DNA of 26,956 nucleotides from Sumerlaeia bacterium (GTDB lineage Bacteria; Sumerlaeota; Sumerlaeia; UBA8349): NCBI GenBank assembly GCA_035527775.1, contig DATKZW010000647.1, positions 1 to 26,956 of the forward strand, read 5' to 3'. Shown piece by piece: positions 1 to 7,009 of this stretch (position 1 is its first letter; each line of letters starts with the position of its first letter). The notes under the pieces were generated by a model. It saw only the letters and a program-made list of their open reading frames with translations, ran no database searches and was not told where the DNA came from. The position numbers and the translations under genes were made by a program.

Positions 1-142
1 TTCCCTGAGAGCTTCAATGCTGTCCCGCTCCACCTGCTCCGACTTCTGAAGAACAGAGTCTATGCGCTCCTGACTCAGGCTTCCGTCCTTCTCCTTCCAA
101 GGATACCAGATCGATCCGGGAATCCCTTTCCACCGCCACCAC
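1..142 (-). pseudogene. Partial second copy of the Rhs toxin C-terminal coding region (WWRWKGIPGSIWYPWKE...SIEALRE), running off the window edge
   Basis: 140/142 nt identical to 3520-3661 (mismatches at 88 and 118). An in-frame TGA lies a few codons upstream of the junction and there is no start in that frame. Confidence 0.8.
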
Positions 143-534
143 GAGCAGGAGTGCAAACTGCGTTCTCATTGAGCGTCTCTCCTCCTTCCGGACCCCAACT
201 CGCCGCGCGAGGCAGAGGCCCTCTCGAAAAGACAGGGCAATGTGTGCTTTGGGAACCGCTATCCTTCGATCGGTCCCCCCTAGAGTTGAGTGACATTCCC
301 AAGCCACGGCTTGCTTGAGCGGATGTGGGATCACGGGGCCGTCTCCGTCCAGAGGACACCTTGCCGGTCAGACCAGATTGTCTCTCCTTACTGGGCAACG
401 CCCGGCGGAGGAGGGAAACCGTAACCCGGTGGCGGCGGCTCATACGGATCTGGTTTGAACTCTTCTCTATCTCGCTCCTCAACGATCCCCGAGTTCCTGG
501 ACCGACATTGCTCTTACTACAGCGAGATCAGCTC

Positions 535-646
535 GACTTCTCTTCCTTCTTTTCGTCCGTGGATTTTCCGACTGTTCATACTATCCGGAGTCCCCTGCCC
601 TCCCGTTTATAGACCGACTTCTCTTCCTTCTTCTTGTCCGTGGATT
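535..646. repeat. Imperfect 31-bp direct repeat, copies 81 nt apart (535-565, 616-646)
   Basis: GACTTCTCTTCCTTCTT(TTC/CTT)GTCCGTGGATT, 29/31 identical. On the - strand both copies encode STD(K/E)KKEEKS in the same frame. Confidence 0.85.
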
Positions 647-974
647 CCGACTCGCCTTCTCCTTTCAGCTCTTTGCCAAGCCGTCCATCGATGTCAACGA
701 TCTGGGCTTCCTCTCGGGCGACGTCCAGGACGATGTCCTTTACGTCCAGTTGCTTGACAACATCGTCCAGTCGCTTTTCGGAGATCTTTTCATAAACGGT
801 GTTGCCCAGTTGCGCCAAGAGCCTTGTCACGCGCGTCTCGCAGCGCGCCTTCTCACGACGGAGAAGAGTCAGCTCGATTCCCTCCCCGGCCTTTTCCGTC
901 AAGGCGTGAACGGCCGCCAACGCTGCATCAAAACCCGCTTCCATTCCTCTGTGTATCCTGTCCCACAGTTTCAT
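576..974 (-). CDS. Hypothetical helical/coiled-coil protein (132 aa, MKLWDRIHRG...)
   Basis: GAGGAGGG RBS before the ATG at 974; amphipathic helices (KAGEGIELTLLRREKARCETRVTRLLAQLGNTVYEK) and a charged tail. The upstream extension of the ORF to 1079 looks non-coding. Confidence 0.75.
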   Translation of the reverse strand: MKLWDRIHRGMEAGFDAALAAVHALTEKAGEGIELTLLRREKARCETRVTRLLAQLGNTVYEKISEKRLDDVVKQLDVKDIVLDVAREEAQIVDIDGRLGKELKGEGESESTDKKKEEKSVYKREGRGLRIV

Positions 975-1253
975 CGGTGTTCCCTCCTCTCGAATTGCTC
1001 GTGTTTCTGCATCTCTGCGCTTGGGCGGCTCTCCGTAGTCGCCGCGTAAGACCCGGCGGAGACCGTGGCGAACAGGCACGGAAAGAAGAGCGCGGAAAGG
1101 TCGCTTCTCAGGAAGGGCTTCATCGCTTCCGCTCCCCTTCCGTTCCGGCTCGCTTACCCACTCCTCACACTACAGCTACTGCCATATCGGTGTCGAGCGT
1201 TCTCTTCGCTTTTTCGGCCAGGAGTTTCCAGAAATCCGGATGAATCACCGCCG

Positions 1254-1297
1254 AGGGCGGCTGTGCCACAGACATAGGGCGGCTGTGCCACGGACAT
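1254..1297. repeat. 22-bp tandem repeat x2, REP-like
   Basis: AGGGCGGCTGTGCCAC(A/G)GACAT twice, 21/22 identical. The reverse complement GTGGCACAGCCGCCCTCGGCGGTG forms an imperfect hairpin. Confidence 0.75.
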
Positions 1298-1384
1298 GAA
1301 GGCGAGAGAAACGCGTCCTGTGCCCAATCCTAGAGGAATTCGGCATCAGGTTCCGGATCCTGGGCCCGCTGTTCCACCGCGCCG

Positions 1385-1700
1385 TCAATCTGAGATCTCG
1401 ACGTCTTCGTTCACGTCCATCACGAGGCGCTCGTCTATGTAGTTGCCATCGACGTACTGGCGGTTGGGCGTAGTCGAGACGGCGTCGGTTTCTTCGAGGA
1501 CTTGCCAGCCAGTGTAGTAGAAGTCCGTGTCGGCGTAGCTCGAGCCGGCGGGGAAGTCCTTGCGGACGCGGCGATTGCCGGCGTCGTAGAGGTAGGTGAC
1601 GATGAGCGATCCCGTGCTGGTCTTGACTTCGCGCAGCCGATTGAAGAGATCCCACGCATACTTCTGGTTGCCGTCGTCGGTCAGGTTGCCGTTGTCGTCG
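1385..1700 (-). pseudogene. Orphan Rhs core fragment (about 99 aa), with no start and no toxin domain
   Basis: 1404-1700 aligns without gaps to 4559-4855 (DDNGNLTDDGNQKYAWDLFNRL...DERLVMDVNE; 90/99 aa identical by manual alignment). TGA at 1385-1387. Confidence 0.9.
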
Positions 1701-1734
1701 ATAAGGCGCGGGGAAACGGGCGAACAACCTGCCG

Positions 1735-2271
1735 CTATTGCCTGGCCTCAGGGGGCCCCTCGTGCTCAGCCAGAAGATCACGAATGCGCTCAGCATCGGC
1801 ATAGCCGATCCCAACCAAGGCGTTAGCCGCCGAGCTCCGGATGCCTGGCTCGGGGTCGTCGAGGGCCTCGAGGAGCGCCGGCGATGCGTCCCGCGCTGCA
1901 GGTCCGATCATTCCCAAGGCTCTTATGGCAAGTGCGCGAACACGCAGATGATCGTGCTTCACCAAGGGTATCAGCGCCGGTACGGCGTCGCTCGCCTTTG
2001 GACCGATCCGCGCAAGCGCGATACACGCAAACTCCACGAGATCCGTGTCGTCCTCACCCAGCATCTGTGCCAGCGCACCCACCCCTTTTCCGCCCATGCG
2101 CACCAGCTGCGTCGCTGCCCGCGATTGCGCATCCAAGCCAAGACTCCGGTCCCTCATTTGCGCTGCAAGCCGTTCGGCTTTGCCTTGAGTGGACAACGCC
2201 GAGCACGCCGTCAGAAGCACGGCCGCCGCGCCCCACCCACGGAGGACGACAGACACGCGGCAAATACTCAT
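1735..2271 (-). CDS. HEAT-repeat lipoprotein (178 aa), possible orphan immunity protein
   Basis: GGGAGGGG RBS; lipobox LTAC (Cys23); repeated HEAT/PBS-like units (ACIALARIGPKASDAVPALI, AIRALGMIGPAARDASPALL, AANALVGIG). Confidence 0.8.
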   Translation of the reverse strand: MSICRVSVVLRGWGAAAVLLTACSALSTQGKAERLAAQMRDRSLGLDAQSRAATQLVRMGGKGVGALAQMLGEDDTDLVEFACIALARIGPKASDAVPALIPLVKHDHLRVRALAIRALGMIGPAARDASPALLEALDDPEPGIRSSAANALVGIGYADAERIRDLLAEHEGPPEARQ

Positions 2272-2433
2272 TTCTCTACCCCTCCCTTCTCTTGGCTCGA
2301 GACCACTCCTCCCTTGAGGCCGTGACTCTGAACGGAATCCCCGGGCGTGGTTGCGCCCATCGCCGGGTGTCATCGCTAAGCATAGAGGGCGCCCGCGAGA
2401 GCGAGAAACCAAGCCAGACCCATTTTGCCCGGG

Positions 2434-3411
2434 CTAGTTGGACACCCAGTAGCTCATAAACAATCCCAACTCGCTCTCTTGAGAATAAAGCAAGGGTATC
2501 ATCCTCCTCCTTTTGATGTCAAAAGCGAACAGCCGCTGACCGCCCTCAAAGTACGCGCAACGGATCAGGGCGTAGCGCCGGCACGGCGATAGACCATAGA
2601 AGCGATAGTCTCTTCCGAAGTACAGGAGCCTCTTCAATGTCTTCGCTCTGCCCAAGTAGTGCTCCATGAAGCCGTCGTATTCAGCGCCCGACTTCCACTT
2701 TGTCGCCATTATGCGGTAAAAAGGGAGATACTTCGGCTCTCGCCACCAGATGGCGCGCCCTTTGTAGTCCGTTTCCGGGTCGAAATCGCATCTCCCGAGC
2801 TCCCCCGTCGCTAGGTTCATCCGGTAAACGCCGTTCAGGGAAATATAGAAGTAGAGGTCGCGCTTGTCGAGTCCCCAAATCGAGTAGTCACCTGAAAATC
2901 CTGGAATCTCCACGCGGGATTGATCTCCTGAGTCGATGTCCACCCGAATGATCGCTTCATGACCCTCAGTCGGATCAACGGGGACAAATATCTCGGAGCG
3001 GCCAATAGCCACTCCTCCGTCTATTCGCGCCCCCACGTCGAAGCATCGCCCCGCGTTTTTCTTGACATCATGGAAGTAGACGACGTGCGACTCGTAGTCG
3101 TTCTCGCGGTCGTGTTTCTCGCGGCAGAGAAAGCTTCCATCGTCCGAAACTGAGAACCCTCCGCCCAGGAGGGGAGGCAGTTCGACCAGTTTGGAGAGGG
3201 TTCGCCGTGAGAGGTCCAGCTCCAGAACCAACTCATGTTCGGCATACCGCGCGTCACCGAAAGAACACAACAGCCGCCCCGGCAATTCTCCGCGCCAGCG
3301 GTAGAGCTTGATCCCATACAAAGCCTCGGTGGGCATTCTCGCACATGACGCGAGGAATACTCCGAGCGACAGAGCGCTCAGCCCAAACAAGACGCGTGCC
3401 CAATAACGCAT
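2434..3411 (-). CDS. Lipoprotein, probable beta-propeller; candidate cognate immunity protein of the upstream Rhs toxin
   Basis: GGAGGT RBS; lipobox LASC (Cys23); beta-strand-rich repeats (FSVSDDGSFL, LYFYISLNGVYRMNLATG, FYGLSPCRRYAL); starts 40 nt after the toxin stop. Confidence 0.75.
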   Translation of the reverse strand: MRYWARVLFGLSALSLGVFLASCARMPTEALYGIKLYRWRGELPGRLLCSFGDARYAEHELVLELDLSRRTLSKLVELPPLLGGGFSVSDDGSFLCREKHDRENDYESHVVYFHDVKKNAGRCFDVGARIDGGVAIGRSEIFVPVDPTEGHEAIIRVDIDSGDQSRVEIPGFSGDYSIWGLDKRDLYFYISLNGVYRMNLATGELGRCDFDPETDYKGRAIWWREPKYLPFYRIMATKWKSGAEYDGFMEHYLGRAKTLKRLLYFGRDYRFYGLSPCRRYALIRCAYFEGGQRLFAFDIKRRRMIPLLYSQESELGLFMSYWVSN

Positions 3412-3450
3412 CGACGTTCACCTCCGTTCAGGACTTCGTACTAGGGCTGC

Positions 3451-4968
3451 TCAAGGAAATACAAGGAAATACCCTGTGCACAGGCACTCCTTGTCATTCT
3501 GGCGGATGTCCGCGATGAATTCCCTGAGAGCTTCAATGCTGTCCCGCTCCACCTGCTCCGACTTCTGAAGAACAGAGTCTATGCGCTCCTGACTCAGGCT
3601 TCCGTCGTTCTCCTTCCAAGGATACCAGATCGATCCAGGAATCCCTTTCCACCGCCACCACCAATCAGTCAAAGGCTGCTCCTCAATGAACATGGACATG
3701 CGGAGCACGACCTCACTTCGGCAATACGTGTCCCACCAGCCCGGATGCGCACGCCACTCGCTCGGCCAAGCATCCTGCTCCGGCTTTCCTTTCACCTTAT
3801 ATTTTCGGTGGGCGGACTTGTCCTGCTTGCTGTGCAAGGCGCGGCCAAAGGCCTTCGCGGCCTTTGAGCATTCCCCGGCCCTGACAAACGCGATTCCGTT
3901 CTTACGGTCCTCATCATACCACCAATCGCGGCTGTCTCGTCCGCCCTTGGGATGGTTCAGATGTCTTGGTTGCTCCTGGAAAGGCCAAGGACCTGTGTGC
4001 AAACCTCGGTCGACACCGTCGTCCGCCATGGCAATGACCTGGCCGGCGTTACCAGTGAAGCGATTCTTACCTAGTCCGAGTCTGCCTGGCAGGGCCGGAA
4101 GGGTTGCCCAGATATCAGTCTTCCAGAAGTGGACGGCGTCGGTCCACTCCCCCAGACTGTCGACGGCCAGCGTTGGCTTTGACGAGACGTACTGATAGGC
4201 GCTCGGCCCATCAACATAACCAGAGCTATCCCTGGAGAGAAACCTGCCCCGCGCAGCATCGTATACTCGGCTTCGGTAGTCATGGAGTTTCGTCTCAGAC
4301 CCGAACCGCTGGCCAGTGAAGGCGTATGGAGTTCCGAAACTTGATGCTCCCTGCGTTGTCCGACTGTCGTTCGACCCGAAGTTCACCACGCTGTCCCCGT
4401 CGTTTCCATCTGTCAGAAGGATATGCCTGCCGTACGGATCGTACTCGTAGGCCTCGATCAACTCGCCGGTGTCGTCGGTGAGGGCGTAAACCGAGTGGAG
4501 CGCGTTCTGGTGGTAGAAGTAGCGGGAGTCGCCGGCGCCGATGCAGGAGGAGTCGGCCTCTTCGTTCACGTCCATGACGAGATGCTCGTCGATATAGTTG
4601 CCATCGACGTACTGGCGGTTGGGCGTGGTCGAGCCGGCGTCGGTCTCTTCGAGCACTTGCCAGCCGGTGTAGTAGAAATCGGTGTCGCTGTAGCCGGAGC
4701 CGGCGGCGAAGTCCTTGCGGACGCGGCGATTGCCGGCGTCGTAGAGGTAGGTCACGATGAGCGATCCCGTGCTGGTTTTCACTTCGCGCAACCGGTTGAA
4801 GAGGTCCCAGGTGTACTCCTGGTTCCCGTCGTCGGTCAGGTTGCCGTTGGCGTCGTGCGATTGGGCCGCGCCGCCGATGTCGTAGTACTCGTTGAAGGAG
4901 GTGTCCTTGCGGGTTTCAGAGGTCAGGGCGTCGTTTGCGGTGGTGTTGATCACGTCCCAGTTCCCCAC
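3451..4968 (-). CDS. Rhs repeat-associated core (N-terminally truncated) with a C-terminal toxin of probable Zn-dependent phospholipase C/P1-nuclease fold
   Basis: YD-type repeats (YTWDLFNRL, YLYDAGNRRV); Rhs core (YEYDPYG, YAFTGQRF, YRSRVYDAARGRFLSRD); cleavage motif PTLAVDSLG; C-terminal W-x4-H...D...H...GRALHSKQDKSAH. The GTG at 4968 is the internal Val of LDGVGNW and has no RBS, so the true start is uncertain or absent. Confidence 0.85.
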   Translation of the reverse strand: MGNWDVINTTANDALTSETRKDTSFNEYYDIGGAAQSHDANGNLTDDGNQEYTWDLFNRLREVKTSTGSLIVTYLYDAGNRRVRKDFAAGSGYSDTDFYYTGWQVLEETDAGSTTPNRQYVDGNYIDEHLVMDVNEEADSSCIGAGDSRYFYHQNALHSVYALTDDTGELIEAYEYDPYGRHILLTDGNDGDSVVNFGSNDSRTTQGASSFGTPYAFTGQRFGSETKLHDYRSRVYDAARGRFLSRDSSGYVDGPSAYQYVSSKPTLAVDSLGEWTDAVHFWKTDIWATLPALPGRLGLGKNRFTGNAGQVIAMADDGVDRGLHTGPWPFQEQPRHLNHPKGGRDSRDWWYDEDRKNGIAFVRAGECSKAAKAFGRALHSKQDKSAHRKYKVKGKPEQDAWPSEWRAHPGWWDTYCRSEVVLRMSMFIEEQPLTDWWWRWKGIPGSIWYPWKENDGSLSQERIDSVLQKSEQVERDSIEALREFIADIRQNDKECLCTGYFLVFP

Positions 4969-5117
4969 GCCGTCGAGGAGCCATTTCGGCGCTTGGGTCG
5001 TTCCGGGGGGAGGAGCTGGATCTCCTGACGCCTTTGGAGGGGGTCGAGCGGATCGAGAAGGACCGTTCGACCCTCGTGGGGAGCGACTCTCTCGGCTGAC
5101 GATCGATCCGCCGTCTC

Positions 5118-5241
5118 CGGTCCCGGGTTCCCGATCCCTGTCGACCCCTGGTCCCTGACCCCTGATCCCCGAGCCCTGCCCCCGGATCCCTGACCCCTGG
5201 TCCCCGATCCCTGACCCCAGTCGCCCCGGCCCCTGGCGCCC
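5118..5241. repeat. Degenerate heptamer tandem array (consensus YGRYCCC, about 17 units)
   Basis: TGGTCCC TGACCCC TGATCCC CGAGCCC TGCCCCC GGATCCC TGACCCC TGGTCCC CGATCCC TGACCCC; ten consecutive 7-nt units at 5149-5218. Confidence 0.85.
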
Positions 5242-5934
5242 TCAGGGTCCCACGCGGATGACGTTCCCCACGCTCGACGCGCCGTTCGTCGGGTCGTAGC
5301 GAGGGTACTGCCACGGCACGGGATCGCGGTCGGGGCCGTTTCCCTGGAGGATCCATTGGCAGTAGCGTCCCTCGAGATTCTCCCCCTCGAAGAAAACGAC
5401 TTCCTCGGGATGGAGGAGGTCGAGAGCCGCGGCGTAATGGTAGGTTGGGGGCGAGACGTGATTGAGCGGGTCCTCAAGAGAGGCGAAGGGATCGCGGGGA
5501 AGACTCGCAACGTAAGCCACCGGCGTGGTGAGGGGCTTGAGACGGATGTGGTTGGGGAGACCGGAATCCCAAGGAGACGCCGTCTCGACAAACGGACTCG
5601 GGTAGTTCTCCGGGGGATAGTTACTGGAATCGACGCAGTAGGCCTCGAGCGCCACGCCGATGGACCGCAAGTCCGAGGCGGAGCGGCTGACCTTGGATCG
5701 GGTTTGCGCTTCAAGGAGGTTGGGCACGGCGATGGCGGCGAGAATCGCGATGATGGCCACCACGATCAGGAGCTCGATCAAGGTAAAGGCGGCCCGACGC
5801 GGCCCGAAGGCGGCCCGACGCGGCCCGAAGGCCCGGCGGCCCTTGGCAAGAGAAGTCGATTGCGTAGGGCTATCTCCTTTCCCGCGGGTTTTTCTCAACC
5901 CTCTGCTCCCGCTTCGAGGTCGACCCCATTTCAT
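5242..5934 (-). CDS. Prepilin-type N-terminal cleavage/methylation domain protein (GspG-like paralogue 1)
   Basis: RRAA|FTLIELLIVVAIIAILAAIAVPNLLEAQ; LTTPVAY; GNGPD; YDPTNG. The ATG at 5934 lies 20 nt after the rnfD stop. Confidence 0.9.
   Translation of the reverse strand: MKWGRPRSGSRGLRKTRGKGDSPTQSTSLAKGRRAFGPRRAAFGPRRAAFTLIELLIVVAIIAILAAIAVPNLLEAQTRSKVSRSASDLRSIGVALEAYCVDSSNYPPENYPSPFVETASPWDSGLPNHIRLKPLTTPVAYVASLPRDPFASLEDPLNHVSPPTYHYAAALDLLHPEEVVFFEGENLEGRYCQWILQGNGPDRDPVPWQYPRYDPTNGASSVGNVIRVGP
5786..5832. repeat. Perfect 21-bp tandem duplication in the prepilin leader
   Basis: AAGGCGGCCCGACGCGGCCCG x2 plus AAGGC; encodes RRAF-GPRRAAF-GPRRAAF|TLIE. Confidence 0.9.
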
Positions 5935-5954
5935 GCTCCCCGCGCGGCCAGTTG

Positions 5955-7001
5955 TCAACCCTCTGCGGGCGCTTGGGGGGCCGCCTTGGCCCTGAGTCCC
6001 TCGCGCCGAGGAACGACGTAGCGGTCGATGAGGGCCACGAGGGAGTTCATGATGACGATGGCAAACGAGACGCCTTCCGGATAGCCGCCGAAGAAACGGA
6101 TGAGGAAGGTTAAGATGCCGCAACCGACACCGAAAACCAGCATGCCGGGAGGCGACATGGGGGAAGTGACGTAGTCAGTCGCCATGAAGAAGGCGCCGAG
6201 GAAAAGCCCTCCGGCGAAGAGATGGAAAGCCGGGTCCGGCGCCGCCTCGGGCTCGATCGCCCAGGCGATCGTCGACAAGAGCGCCATCGTTCCGACGTAG
6301 GCAACCGGGATCTCCCAGCGAATGATCCTCCGCCCGATGAGGAACAGGCCCCCGATCAAGAGGAGCAACGCCGACGTCTCGCCGAGACTCCCGCCGATGT
6401 TCCCGAGGAAAAGGTCGCGTATCGCGAATTGCGCTTCCAGGGCCTTGACTCCGGCGGCGGGCGTTTCCGCGGCGGCCAGGATTCCGAGCGGAGTGGCGGC
6501 CGTCACGCCATCGGCGTTCATCAGGGCCGTTGCGGGGAAAAAGCGGGGCGCCGGCCAATGGGTCATGCGCGCGGGCCAGGCGATGAGGAGAAAAATGCGG
6601 GCGACCAGGGCCGGGTTGAGGGGATTCGCCCCCAGCCCGCCGAAGACGTGCTTGGCGACGACCATGGCCACGAAGGCGCCCGCCAGGACGAGCCACCATG
6701 GGGCGCTGCTCGGGAGGTTCATCGCCAGGAGAACGCCCGTCAGAATGGCGCTGCCGTCCGCCAGCGTGCGGAGAACGCGGGGCTTCCCCGCCATCCGCAG
6801 ACACATGGCTTCGAACGCGAGACACCCGCCTACGGCCCAGAACGCGACGCGCAGAGCGTCGAGCCCGAAGAAGACCACGGCGCCCGCCAACGCGGGCAGA
6901 AGGGCGATCAGGACATGGTACATGGCCGACTCGATGGACTTGCCCGAGCGGATGTGAGGCGAGGAGGAGAGGATGAGCGAAGGCGTGTTCGGGTCGGTCA
7001 T
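5955..7001 (-). CDS. rnfD: Rnf electron transport complex subunit D
   Basis: SSSPHIR N-terminus, NPLNPALVAR, FMN-attachment motif DGVTAATPL, GSLGETS, FFMATDYVTSP, GGYPEGVSFA; multiple transmembrane helices. Confidence 0.96.
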   Translation of the reverse strand: MTDPNTPSLILSSSPHIRSGKSIESAMYHVLIALLPALAGAVVFFGLDALRVAFWAVGGCLAFEAMCLRMAGKPRVLRTLADGSAILTGVLLAMNLPSSAPWWLVLAGAFVAMVVAKHVFGGLGANPLNPALVARIFLLIAWPARMTHWPAPRFFPATALMNADGVTAATPLGILAAAETPAAGVKALEAQFAIRDLFLGNIGGSLGETSALLLLIGGLFLIGRRIIRWEIPVAYVGTMALLSTIAWAIEPEAAPDPAFHLFAGGLFLGAFFMATDYVTSPMSPPGMLVFGVGCGILTFLIRFFGGYPEGVSFAIVIMNSLVALIDRYVVPRREGLRAKAAPQAPAEG

Positions 7002-7009
7002 GGTCGCGC

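Noticed and set aside
576-5244. TGA recoding (Gly/Trp/Sec) suggested by two in-frame TGA stops with open frames behind them
   Set aside because: Conserved genes (rpmG, mreB, ABC ATPase, OmpA, pilins) end at TGA at their expected C-termini, so the standard code applies. No SECIS was recognised.
5935-6123. N-terminal extensions in the ORF track (pilin 1 to 6123, rnfD to 7640, ftsH to 19481, pilin 2 to 24290, URO-D to 24967, pilin 4 to 26094)
   Set aside because: They are low-complexity, Arg-rich extensions overlapping neighbouring genes; downstream ATGs match the expected N-termini, several with clear RBSs.
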